NCBI GenBank assembly: GCA_043228905.1
Contig: JBHGNT010000012.1
Span: forward strand, 1,612,001 to 1,676,000
Length of the DNA stretch: 64,000 bases
From: Azolla caroliniana
Taxonomy: Eukaryota > Plantae > Polypodiophyta
Direction: 5' to 3'
The notes beneath the pieces are model-generated. The model saw only the letters and a list, made by a program, of their open reading frames with translations. It had not been told where the DNA came from and did not search any database. Shown piece by piece: positions 1 to 12,778 of the stretch (position 1 is the first letter of the stretch; every line of letters begins with the position of its first letter). The position numbers and the translations under genes are program-made.

Positions 1-460
1 CTTCATGTGTTCAACACTTGGTTGTCTCATGGCAAAAAGTGCTCTGCTCCATCTCAAAGGATTTTGAAGTTTGTTGGAGCATGGAAATTATTACACATCC
101 CCCCCAATTATGGGGTTAGCTAGCAACAACTACAAAAATATATTGCATTGATGCAAGGTCCTTTACCTTTACAAACAGAAGAGCAACCATGGATTAATTG
201 GTGTTTATTGGGTAAGACAACATTTTTACAAGTCACTACTAATATCTTGCATCATTGCTCCATTGAGTCTCTTCGATGGCTATCATCTAAGGCTGAACAA
301 GAATGGAAAATAAATAACTTTGATCATGGATGGTGGCAGATCTTAAAACATAATTAATATTCTAAATTGTCACTTGTAGCAAAGGTCTTCATTTGGAGAG
401 TTTTGATTTTGGGATTAACTCTAAAGCAACATGGACTAGCAACAAACTTGGAGACTATGT
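1..460 (+). mobile_element. Degenerate L1-type LINE 3' remnant inside a formin intron
   Basis: Fragmentary translations resemble the LINE ORF2 C-terminal zf-RVT region (e.g. SKLSLVAKVFIWRVLILG at ~361-414, WWQILKH). Many stops. Confidence 0.4.
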
Positions 461-480
461 ATTTGTTGTTCAAACTTCTA

Positions 481-877
481 GACACAATAATAGGCCTGGC
501 TTACTAAATAGAAGTTACAAGTGAAAGTATTTTTGTACTCCCAGCGTAATATAAAATAAGACTGCCATAACTAGGTCTCAACAATCATATATGAATTAGC
601 CATCTCTTGGTTGAAAAGTCAAGATCTTCTTAAGTATTGTTTGATTTATTGTCGACATGTCAATATCAAACCTCAAGACAATAATAGGTCTAGCCTCCTG
701 AATAGAGGGTTCAAGTGAAAGAATTTTTCTATTCATCGTGAAAAGACTGGCATGTAATGTAAAATAAGGGTGCCATAGCTAGGACTGAACAGTCATAAAT
801 GAATCCTTTGTCTTTGGTTGAAAAGCCAAGACCCTCCTAAGTATTGTTTGGTTTACTATTCACATGTCAGTACCAAA
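481..877. repeat. Diverged ~195-bp tandem duplication
   Basis: 481-670 (gacacaataataggcc...cttggttgaaaagtcaagatcttcttaagtattgtttg...catgtcaatatcaaa) aligns with 677-877 (gacaataataggtc...tttggttgaaaagccaagaccctcctaagtattgtttg...catgtcagtaccaaa). Confidence 0.75.
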
Positions 878-919
878 ATCGATTCAATTTAAAGTGGGAT
901 TGAAGCTGAGCTCTTCTAC

Positions 920-3900
920 CTTTCCAGCTTCTGCATTTGGAGTTGAGGTGTTTGCAGAAAATAGCATTTCAAGCTGTTTGAAATCCATGCAGCTATTCGC
1001 TGACTCAACAGCTGCTTCCTTCCAAACCGTTTTCTGTGTTAATGGCACACTTATCTTGCTCCAACTCAGCTGCTTCATTTTAGCTTTTTTAGCATCTGCT
1101 GGATTCTCTTCCAGATTGGCATCTGATTCCTTTATACTGTCATTCCTCTTTGGCATTGCATGAGGTGGAGCTCGTGGCGGTGGTGTTATTGGTGACTTCA
1201 AGACAGCTTTTAATGGTAATGGTGGTGGTGGTGGCGGCGGCGGCGGTACTCGTGGCGGTGGTGGAGGTGGTGGAGGAGGTGGTGGTGTGCATAGATATGT
1301 CGAAGGCGGTGGAGGTGGAGGTGAATGAGAGGAGACACAAGCATTGCTAGGCTGCAAGTTAGCAGTAGGTGTACTCTGCAGTAGTAAGGGATGTAAATGT
1401 GGATCTGATAAAAGCTGTGCTGTAGGTGGAGAAGTGACAAGGGGAACAGTTTGCACTATCAACGATTTGACGGGCGGTGACGGTGAAAGGGGAGGTGATG
1501 GCAATGTTAGTGGCAATGGGCATATTGGTGTTTGTAAAGATTGATTCCCATGACCTTTCTGTTGAGCTTCACCATGTGATGCAGCTGAACCACCATTTTT
1601 GCCACTATCTATGCTGGTAAAAACAGAATATTTTTTATCAAGCAAAAGAATCCTCCTTTTACATAATATATTCCTGATATTTTTCTTTAGTCTAAGATTA
1701 AATGTAGGTCCACTTTTCAAATTGTTCTTGCAATTCTGGTTCAAGTATCTCCTTTCATTTTCCAATGACAGGAACTTGTGAATATCTGCATTGAAAATCT
1801 TACGGTGCAATGGAATTATATTCATATGCTCCATGTCAGATGATGACAAGCCAACTGTCCTTTCATCCCTCATCAACCTAATGTTCAGGTAGCTCTGGGT
1901 GGAGATCACTTTATTTTTAAGATGAGAATTAGAGCTCTTTAAACTTCGTATAATCTGTGTATTTGGAGTGTTTTCAGAACCTGCATTCTCACTGCATCTG
2001 TTTCCATGCCATAGTCTGCCAATTTTAAATCTTTTGATGCTCTTGTGACATTTCAGCCTTGTCTGTATCAACTTTCTTTGGCACGTAAAGAAATTTATAG
2101 ACGGCTCGCAGCTTCTACATATAGAATCATCTTTCTCTCTTAGTTGATTGTTCTGGATCTCGCGAAGTAATCCATGCCTCTTTGATTTTAAACCTATTTA
2201 TTCCACAACTATAGGTAGATAAATATGCATGTTATTGTGGAGAAACACATGCAAAATTTAATACATGCCACATGTAATTGTTGGGGATGAAAAGGGAGAA
2301 TTATGCAATTGTGATCAAGTTTTTGGCATGAATCCACTAAATTCTTTACATATGCACTGTGGACAAAGCCTTACGCTCTCTACTCACAGGAGGGTTGATC
2401 ACTCTCAAATAAATATCTCCACTGTTTGACAAAGAATATTAGAAGGCGAGTAGAAGCTTCTTCCATTGTCAGCCATCTATAGAAAGATTGAAGAAATATC
2501 GTGTCAGTTAATGTAAATTGTACTGGATGATCCATGATCTGATATTTATTTACTCTTGATTTGATTAAATTACCTGTGAAAAACATCATAACATCTTTCT
2601 TTATTTAAAATTAAAGGCCCAATTAATGACCCTAGCCTCAAAACATGTGCCCAATCATTACCAAACGATGACAGCTTAAATAACAGAAAAGAAAGATCCT
2701 TCAGGATTCTATAGTTGCGCTCTGGTAAACTGTTCAACAGCATCCGTATAACATATCGCTGAGAATCAAAATTTCTGTTTTCTGTAAATGGAATTCAATA
2801 CATGAACAATACTATGAGCAATAGTCATATATATATATTATAAACTCACCATAGCATTGTTGTTGAATATTTTCAAGAAAAAATAGAAGCATACAAATAA
2901 AGAAAGAGAAAGACACATCAACATCTTTTAAGAGGCCAAAATGGCCTATAAGACCAAACAAGAGATTACATCTTAAAGTGGTGTCTCATCTTTGAAAACA
3001 AAACAAAAATAAACATAACTACACAAAAGACTACATAGAAATAAAATTAAGATGTGACTCAAAACGTTCTTCATCTATAAATGTAGAATTCTTAAGCTAG
3101 ATAAATTGTATTGTTTGTCTTGGAAAGATCTCTAGTATAGATCTACCTAGAATGAGAGGTCTCCAAAGTGAAGAAAGCACCTACAGTGCCCAAAGATAAT
3201 GGCCTTTATCTATTGGTGACAAGGGAGGTGAGATCGTGGTCGATGAGGCTAGGGCTTACATGCATGACTAATTGCTATTCTCTTTGTGTAGTCTTTAATT
3301 GACTTGCCGCATGAGTAGGAGAGATGGGACTATAGAAAGTTGTGATTGTTGTTTGTTGATGAGCTTGTGGCTGTGTTGTCCTTCAATAACTTCTCCCTAT
3401 GTCTCTTGTGTTCTAGCAAGAAAAGCCCTAAGCATTTTTAACTCTCGTAGAGTTGGAGTATGCGGAAGCATAGCGCGTGCGTGAGAGTGGGTGTATGAGC
3501 AAGAAAAGGAATCAGAGAAAATAACCAGAACTATTAAAATACACATTAGGGGGATGACAACTTATGCATTGAAGAGAAAACTATATTAATCAACTAACGA
3601 TCATCAAAGAATATCAGATATCAGATATTCTTATGACAAAATCGTACTCGGGTGGATATCTTGATTAAATTCCACCAAACACATTTAATGTGGCAGTCTC
3701 TTGAGTACTTGCACATAAAACCCCCTTGGCCCATTGGATTTAGTTGATGATCTTTAGTTTATTAATGTCGTTTTTTCTTCAGCGCATAAGTTGTCATCCC
3801 CCTAATGTGTATTTTATTATTTCTGGTTATTTTCTCTGATTCCTTCTCTTGCTCACACCCCCACTCTCACACACACACTGCGCTTCCGCATATCCCAACT

Positions 3901-6217
3901 CTAAGAGAGTTAGATTCTTTAGAAAAATGTCCAATACTCCATCCAAATTCATTAAATTCACAAACTTGTTAAAGCCAGACAAATCTGCTAATAATTGCTT
4001 GAAGATCGAGGAAAAGTTTTAAAAATCATTAAGCTAGTAATCATGTGTACATAATGTGCATGGGAAACACCAGTAGAAGGCACAATTTGCATTTCAACGT
4101 GCAATGTTTGTTAATCATTTTCATCAGCTCATTTGTGACAACATCACCGAATCAAATAATTAGACTACTAACAGTCTACCATTAAAATTATAAGCTGACA
4201 TTAAGAAATGTTATTCAGAGCAATATCTGCTCAATAAAACTGAATTGGCATATTCTAAAGACATCCATTGTAGTCTGGTGCAGGATGAAAAGTTTCTCCA
4301 AAACAAGGATAGTGCAATCAGATGGCCTTGATTTGTTTCTGTGGCTGGTGTCTAGGTGGGCACTGTCATTGTGCACGGCACAATGATGACACCTTTGGGT
4401 TGTAAATGGACTTGCCCCCTCTAGCTAAGCTCCAAGTTGTAACGAATCATCTGCATCATAGTTGTACCAGAGTGTGCCCCCTCTAGCTAAGCTAGTGTGG
4501 TTTATTCTTGCTAAAGAGATATATGTGTGTGTTTACCAGTCTTGCCGACAAGAAAATCGTGATCTTGTGCAGCTACAAGTAGTAACTCATCATCTGCAAT
4601 TTGAATATAGGAAGAGTAATGAGTATAAAGCCACATGGCAATGTGGGTGTACTGTCCAGTTGTCATATGGAGCATCTGCATAGTTGTACCAAATCTTATG
4701 TGAAGCAATGGGGGGCTTATGCAGATTTTCTTTGACCATCTTCCATGCGCTTTTACTTTCTTTGCCAAGAACAGGTTATATATTTATTCTTCAAGTCTAG
4801 CTAGCTTGGTTATATATTTATTCAAGTCTACCTAGCTATGTTTCCCTCACAAGTTGCCTAAACACCACTCTCAGCATCATGAACCCAAGGCCACTTTTTT
4901 CTTGAATTTGTTCTGTGTGTTACAAACTTCATTATCCTACAAATATATTTTGTGAGACTTTGTCATGTGTGGTGTTGTAACCAAATCTGGATTGTGGAAA
5001 GACATACACTGCTACCAAATGCAGAACTTCTGCAATTTTCAATTGGTAAGCATAGGTTCAATTTGAGTATCTTGTGATATTTGATTATATGGCACATAAA
5101 ATATTAAATGAGCTTTCTTGTTCTCATTTTCTTAAAATGTTGAGCAGAAATTTCGTTATTCCTTGATGTCTCAATATATATAAAGAATAGACATCATCAA
5201 AACCAAAGACAAGTTCCAATCTTCTTACAAAAAGGCATTGCATGCAGACATTCATAGAGTAATATAGGATATGAAAAGATAAAGGAGTACCTGCTATTGT
5301 CATAAAATATTGATAAAGAGAACTTGTAAACAGAGACCCATTTAACTTCTTAAGATGCGTAAGTACTATATTTGCTATGGCATATGGGCATATGGTAACT
5401 TTCAATGAACCTGAAAGAAGTGCAGAATCAATAAGCACACAAAAGCAAGAAAGAGATACACAAATGCTTCTTAAGAGGCTGAGATGGCCTATGAGACTGA
5501 ACAAGATATTACATCAGAAACTATTGTCTCATCTTTGAGAGCAATAAGTCAACATAAATATAAGTACATTAGAAAGGCTGCCTTAGGTATCAAATATTCC
5601 TGCCAGCTAAGAATGAATATGAACGAGCTTAGATGGACTGAAACTTCAGTCTTCAAAAGATCTCTAGCATGAGCTGACAAGATAGAGAGGTCTCTAAAGA
5701 GACAAAAGTACCATTGGTAACAGGTAAAGATTTGTCAATAATTATGGTGATGAACCCATAGTTTAGATGGATGTAACTGACCTGCACCACAAATTACTTT
5801 TGCCCAATATAATATAACCCCTTTAGAATGTCATGGTCAAGAACCTACTTTATTAGCCCTCGATTGACCTGCAGAATGGGAGGGAGAGTGATGCTGCTAA
5901 AGAAGGTTGGTCCAGTTTTCATTTAACAACTTCTCTCTATGTCTCTTGGTTATTAGAGATAACAGTCCCAAGCATCATTGTTCTTTGTATTCCATTAACT
6001 TGAGAAGAGGACAAAACCTTGTGTGAAGAGGTGGTGGTATTTCCCAAGTTATTTCATAGGACACAATACAATGTCAAACATAGTGTTCCTTGGATTCCCC
6101 AACCCGATCGCATGATAGTTAGATGTGTTCCTCCATAGATCACGTCTTCAAAAAGACCAAAGAAACCTATGAGAGCAAACCTTTCATCCATTTAATCCTT
6201 AAAGGAATATTGTAAAA

Positions 6218-6261
<44 letters not shown>

Positions 6262-6535
6262 ATCATACGCTCATTCCTAGTTTCTAGCCATGTCTTCGCA
6301 ATCACAATATCTTCTTTACAAGAATGAACTAAAAACAATCCATCACAATCTGAATATCACAAAAGAACACTTTAATGTTAGACGTGTTTGCCCAAACAAA
6401 CATGTTTAAGCATTCCAGTTACTCATTAACCTCAACTCTAGAAGTATTACCAGTTGAAAGGAGAACTTTTATAGCTTTTTCTAGTATCAAAACACTTTGT
6501 TCTCCCAGCATCAGACAATCAGTCCCATTTAATCT
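920..6535 (-). CDS. FOR3: Class III-type formin (RhoGAP-like + FH1 + FH2), partial. FH2 continues past the left window edge and the 5' exons are unresolved.
   Basis: Manually spliced GT-AG exons in consistent phase: ~6535-6451 (SVLILEKAIKVLLST), 6349-6269 (DCDGLFLVHSCKEDIVIAKTWLE), 5410-5291 (CPYAIANIVLTHLKKLNGSLFTSSLYQYF), 2781-2662 (MLLNSLPERNYRILKDLSFLLFKL), 2573-2388 (RLLIFFVKQWRYLF) and 2193-920. The first five reproduce the RhoGAP helix motifs in order. The last has a poly-proline FH1 and the FH2 start KMKQLSWSKI...VW...DFKQLEMLF. RhoGAP-FH1-FH2 defines plant class III formins. Confidence 0.85.
2930..3435. repeat. Dispersed repeat, copy 1 (probable non-LTR retroelement fragment)
   Basis: Collinear blocks shared with 5475-5980: atggcctat(a/g)agac, gtctcatctttga, agatctctag, agaggtctc, aacttctc(c/t)ctatgtctcttg, ccc(t)aagcat. 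Confidence 0.55.
3439..3921. mobile_element. Copia LTR fragment fused to an inverted partial copy of itself (fold-back)
   Basis: 3604-3921 matches the LTR at 62425-62807 (tcaaagaatat..agatattcttatgacaaaatcgtactc...gagttagattcttta). 3439-3607 is the reverse complement of 3744-3912. Confidence 0.85.
5475..5980. repeat. Dispersed repeat, copy 2
   Basis: Collinear similarity to 2930-3435. Confidence 0.55.
6218..6261. repeat. (GA)n microsatellite
   Basis: Visible GA tract a few bases from the formin donor site at 6268. Confidence 0.95.
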
Positions 6536-8320
6536 CTTGTTAGTTATGAACATTTTGAAATAGTATACATATTTTCACGTAGCGCTAACTGGATTCATAT
6601 ACTTCTAGTAGTACATGATACTGATAAAGCACGTTGGATGCTCTTGAAGTGGAAAAGACATCTTGCAATTTCACTGTAGTATGATGCAGAGTTGAACAAT
6701 ATGATGTTACAGCATTTTCTACTCAAATGAATAGTTGAATGGCAGCATAAGATCTGAAACCCTGTCAATGATAATCATGTCAAATTACTAGCTCTATGAT
6801 TAAGAGGATTCAGGGTTTAAGAAGATTCTTATTTGAACTACAATGCTCCACCAGGAATCAGGTTTCAAAGAAAAGTGGGCTGAAATTAGAATGTCCATGA
6901 ATACAAAAGATGGAAAGAATATTCTCTGGCTTCACAATTTTATGATCTTTAGAGAGCCTTCCTTTGCTAAAATATTCCCTTCCAATCCTCATTACAGCAT
7001 TATGTACCAGATTCATACAAACTACTCATCAATAACCTGGCATACTATCAAGATCCCAACAAAAAATAAGGTATTGGATATCAACGTCTCGATGTCTTCC
7101 CAATGTTACGGTTCCTTGTATGATTATGCTCTCAAGGTTTCTTCAAGAATATATTGAACAACGCTTTAAGGAAAGACGAGAGAAATGATGAGGAAAAGCA
7201 GAGCATGCAGCAAAGAAAACATATAACCAGTCCAAAGAATTTACATTGCTAGAAAGCTAACGTCTTTTAGAGGGCTCAAGTGATTCAGTTATGACTTTAT
7301 AAATATTTCTATTACTGAAAGGGCAATACACGCCAAAGGTATAATAATTATATCAGAATTCTAACTGATATCTGGAAATGGGAAGGTTCTATGCCCTTCT
7401 CTTTCCATATATCAACTCCTACGAGGGAAATTTGTGTTACACCAATGTATTGAGAACATGTCTCGGATACCTGACATATTATCAACCTAACTCTAAAAGT
7501 CATTGTATGCTTAAAATGAGGTTATCTTGATCACTTGAAACCTGGAAAGCTTCATCATCTTTAATGCTATCCACAATCAAACAAAGAACACAGAGACAAC
7601 AATCAAGACGATGTGACTATATCGTCAATCCAATTACAAGATCAATCATGCGAGGCTCACCTTATATCAAGAACCTATTTCCATTAAATCTGCTATTAAT
7701 CTGCTCTAAATAATAACAATAAGGTAAACGTGACTAAATCTATTCACATCAAGATAAAAAGCATGAGACTCACCTGATGCCAAATCATGTAAGAACCTTG
7801 AATTCGATGAAAAGAACACCACATTTCCGTCCATTGATAAGTCCTTCCAAGAAGGTGTACATGCTAAATGTTGTCCATACGGATCTTTGCAATTGTGAAT
7901 ATCTTTCTAGATTGTAGCAAGAATTCCATTTCTATCTCATTGTTATGACCATCTTTCTCTGTTGCACCGTGAAAGAATTTCCATCTTGTAACGACGCATA
8001 CCTTCCTGTTATCGACATGATCATTGTAAGAATGAGTATCTTTCTACCATGTAACGATGGATATCTTTCTATCCCGTATGCATGGAGGTATCTGTCAATC
8101 TGGTAACCATCAATACTTGCCTACCTCGTCGCCATGAATACCTGTTTATGTTGAACCATGAACAAGATCTTGCTGGAACATCATCACCCTCACAATACCC
8201 CTTACCATATGTATATGGCGAGCAATCTCTGCAGGCGATGGCAAACTCTTTGCAAATCAACGACATTGTTCATGTTATGTTAGCTTACACGCCCATGCAT
8301 ACACATACACATGTACATAT

Positions 8321-8362
8321 ATACATACATACATACATACATACATACATACATACATACAT
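8321..8362. repeat. (TACA)n microsatellite, the MULE insertion target
   Basis: About ten TACA units. The tract resumes at 16794 (tacatacatacat). Confidence 0.95.
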
Positions 8363-9305
8363 CGACGTGTCTATTCTACATCAAATCATAAAGAGGGTTG
8401 GCGAGGGAATCGCGGCCACAGACGGTGCAGGTCGCTTAGAGGAAGGCACGTGCGATCTTCACCGTCAGATTTCGATAAGGAAGAACACACGAGAAAAAAA
8501 GTTCTGCAAAGGTCGCCCAACCCTGTTAGAGATCGCCTAACCGTAGGTAAGTTTATATTAAGTTGGTCGCCCAACCATATATTTTTAAAACGGTTGGGTG
8601 ACTTGTTTAAGCAAGTCGCCCAACCGCAGGTAAGTTTATATTGAGTTGGTCACCCAACCAACTCAATATAAGATGCAGGTCGCCCACCCGATGACTATAA
8701 AAGCCTAAAACCTGTCATTATCTCTCATTTTTTCAAACGAGATTGACAGGGTTTTTTTGCCATGAAAGAAAACTATCGTCAAGCGGCCTACGATTGACAT
8801 AAGTGGCAATCAATCTCCTCCATCACTATTCCCAAGTATGTTCTAAACCCTATTACATCACTTTTTCTGATTTTTTTTACATGTGGTAGGAATTGTTGAG
8901 GGATTAGGGTTTGGAATAGTTGAGGGATTTTTTTACATGTGCTCATTTGCAGCTGACAATCTTGCATGTTGATGTATGTGTTCATTTGTAATTGTGTACT
9001 TTCCATCTGCATTTGCTTAATGGAGAGTTGTGTCCAAGGGTCTTGTAACATCTACACTCTTTTACCTTTAGATTTTCATTCTTATCTCTTCAGATCATCC
9101 AAATCTACCACTACTTCGTAGAAGATGCCAGTCCCATGTAAAACCAATTTTATGATGGATAAGACAAGATTTGCTAAAATTTCACTGAAGGAAAGAATAT
9201 AAACCAGAGTGAGAGTGATGTAAGAATATTGTAGAGAGAGAATATCGAGATAAGATGACAAGATTCCAAATACATTTACTTCCCGCATTTTGTACTGGGA
9301 TATGG

Positions 9306-9898
9306 TGATGGAAATAATCGAACTTTCCAAACTTCACCTCTTGGCCACAACCAAGGAAAACACACGAATCGTTGTTGCAGAAAATGGGAAATGCAATGGA
9401 CACACGATTTATCGTGGAAAACCCTGTACGGGAAAAAACCACGGGAGTACAAGACTCCGAACCAAAACTATGCACAGAGAAGTATACAATGGCGAGCTGC
9501 AAGGCGACGACCTTGAGCTCGCTGTCCTCGCCACAGGCGGCGGAAATACACAGAGGCGTCGACCTCTTCCTCTCTCACGCTCTATCTCTCTCACGGCTGC
9601 TCTACCTTCACTCCTCTTGAGTGGAAAAACAGAAAAATAAGTAGCAACATTAAAACTGTTTGCCCTAAGTCATATTTATACACATATGACTTTGGGGCTA
9701 TTTACAACTATAGCCTCAAGGGCCCTTAGCAAACATATTCACGGATATGTCCCCGCATCCGGATCTCTCTCCGGGTACATTCGTCATCCGGCTCCGAAGC
9801 CGGGGTCTTCATCATCCGGTTCCGAAACCGAAACCGGGCTCGTCGGCATTCATCTCCGACATCCGACCATCCCATCCGAAGGGACCGTAATCCCAATA
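9306..9898 (-). mobile_element. Copia solo LTR nested in the MULE
   Basis: Perfect 5-bp TSD TATGG (9301-9305 and 9899-9903). Termini are TA(TG-mutated)...CA on the minus strand. Similar to the LTRs at 41061-41692 and to the Copia LTR at 32713 (gtggttttt(t)ccc...gggttttccacg block, tataaatatgacttagggcaaac). Confidence 0.9.
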
Positions 9899-11166
9899 TA
9901 TGGGGGCCTTCTCATTTTAGCATGATATAATGTGAAGGTTTATATGAGTGAGGGACTAATTTGAAGCATATTATGGAAATATCTAGGTTACCCCACTCAT
10001 TCATGCATACAGGATTCTCTAAAGAGAAATTCAAGCACGTTGTTTGGACTTGGATACTAGAAGGATAATAGTGCTCTCTTGCAACCTTGGCAACTTAATT
10101 CAGGCATATGGTTTGTACAGTGACAAACACATTTAATCAGACTAGGATTCTATATCAATACCAAGCCTTTGATAATTTTGAGCAGATAAATTGGTTTCTC
10201 ACCCATCACTGGACATTTGGATGGAGGGGAAATATTGTTCAAAGAGGCTTATTTTGTTATGATAGGCATAGTGCATGTTTGTGCTTTCTTGTGACCCAAT
10301 TAATAAGTCCACAAACATGAGATTCTACACCAGTTTGAAGAGTCATTAATGCGAGCAGAAAATATTTGTTTGGATGGCCTATAAAAGATGGCATGTATGA
10401 TAGCCATCCTAATTCATGGCATATGATCATTCTGGTTTGGAATGAGAGTCATGTTCTCATGAAGTGGAAGTAGATTGATAGTCCAAGAGATTTTGAATCA
10501 GCTTTTGTGGTTGTGCTGCCACACACATTATGTGAGGATTGACGTGTTTGGCTATGAGAGCAGAATAATTTGCAAAACATTTTGTGAAAGATTCCAAAGC
10601 TAGTTTTTTTATGGCATAATGCGATTTTAAGGATCTAAGCCTAGTAGGGTTTTCTTATATGCTACAATACAATAGTGTTGTTACCTTATTACTGTAAACA
10701 AGGGTGGAACAATCCTTAGTTTACTATCCTCATCCTATGCATGGTGTTTTAACAAGGCTGATCTTATTTCCAGGTCTAATTTTATACAGACGAGGCCAAC
10801 TGTGAATTGTGAGGTCGTGGGTTGAGGTATACTACTACAATCATAATTAGAGCATTCCTCTTGGTTGTGCCATAGCAGTTGTACTTTGACAACTCTTTCT
10901 CACATGCCTTTCTTCATGATGAAATGGTCCATGAGGTGCATTTCGTCTGGCTTAGTGGTCAACAAGGACCACATCTCGGTTGTGAGGGTTGATTCTCAGT
11001 GGTGCCCTATACCACAAACATGGTCTACATGTCAAAAGAAAGATGAGATAGAGGGAGATTTTTATGTCAAAGATGAGGTTGACATAATTTTTATGTTGAA
11101 GAATGAGATATAAGGAACTAATGAGGGTAGATTCTCATTGGGACCCTATATTACAAACATGGTGTG

Positions 11167-11201
<35 letters not shown>

Positions 11202-12039
11202 AGAATATATCAAAAGGTTCTACTGGACAAAGAGACTTATGCATCACAATGTAGCTAACATGTTATGATCAAGGACAAGAAAAATTTGTTGTTTGGTTAT
11301 GTTACGATAATTAGTTAAATTTGACTGGCAAACTATGTCTATATAAGCCCCTACATGAAAGAAAGAGACCTCGTGAAATTTTGAGCTCAAAAGACAAGCG
11401 GTGTATTTATGAGAAGAGGATAATTAGTCATATAATTTGGATAATGGTTCTCCTTTGTCTTGAACCGGTTTGCACTCTTCAAACCTAAATCACTGCGTGA
11501 TATTGACTCAAGAAAAAATGCACTTTAACCATGATGACCTGAAAGTTATTTTAAAACTGGTTATGATACATTTGATGTTGGTTATTGTAACCAAGAAATC
11601 ATGATGTGGGAAGACCAACGGTCATAACCAAGAAATCGTGAAGTGGGAAGGCCAGTGGTTAACTTAAGTGCCGGAATGAGGGGGGAAAACTCTTAACCAG
11701 TTCTAGAACGTGCGCTTCACACCAGAGCTTGCATCCCCGTGATACACTTTGTGTATTCAATAGACATAGTCCTATCACGAGGGATGCGTATAGAGGAGGA
11801 GGCGGGTACTCTGGGGGCATGCTCTAATAGCTATGAGCGGCAGAGATCACTCAGAAGATTCATGGACCCCGAAATCAAGTACAATAGAAATCGGCAAACA
11901 TATATCCAGAAGCTGAAGGTTAAGGTTGTTTCGAGGTACAACTCTATATTTTGGAATCCACACAAATTTTGTATAGCGAGAATCGACTCATTGTATATCG
12001 CGAGTACTTATTAATGGAAAAGTTGTTGGAAATGAGTGT

Positions 12040-12645
12040 TTATCTCAAGTTGATTTGTTGTTTTAAACCAATCTCAAGTTGTGATCTAAAGTTGATTTGT
12101 TGTTTTAAAACAACCTCAAGTTGTGATCTCCAATTGATTTGATGTTTTAAACCAATCTCAAGTGTAAATCAATCTCAAGTTGGTTTGTTGTTTTAAACCA
12201 ATTTCAAGTGTAAACGAATTGATTTGCGGTTTTAAACCAATCAATTGCCCAACCCTTGTAAAAAACATCAATGGTAATAAAGCAGGTCACCCAACCTATA
12301 TTTACCAAGTCACCCAATCCTCGTAGAAAACATCGATGGTAATAAAGAAGGTCGCCCAAACCTGTTAAAAATCATTCTCTGTCCTAAACCAGGTCACCCA
12401 ACCGTTTTACAAAACAGCTCGCGATTAGGATCCAGGTCGCCCAACCTCTTTTAATACGGTCACCCAACCTATATTTACCAGGTCACCCAACCCTCGTAAA
12501 AAACATTGATGGTAATAAAGAAGGTCGCCCAAGCCTATTAAAAATCATTCTCTATCCTAAACTAGGTCACCCAACTGTTTTAAAAAACAGCTCGTGATCA
12601 GACTCCAGGTCGCCCAACCTCTTTTAATATGGTCACCCAACCTGT
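12040..12645. repeat. Internal MULE repeat zone: gttgatttgttgttttaaaccaatctcaa repeats, then a ~178-bp direct repeat rich in GGTC(A/G)CCCAACC
   Basis: Repeated units visible at 12040-12245. 12284-12460 aligns with 12459-12640. Confidence 0.85.
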
Positions 12646-12778
12646 TAATCACATTCGGCCAAAAAAATGGTCATATTAACATTTAAATTAATCACATTTT
12701 AAGTCACATTAAACCCTTCACCGTCATTTTAATCAAACCTGATTCCATCTCCAATTAATTACCTCTTAACATCAGATT

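Noticed and set aside
1140-1544. Short ORFs rich in Val/Ala, Thr or His
   Set aside because: They are alternative-frame and antisense shadows of the poly-proline FH1 exon.
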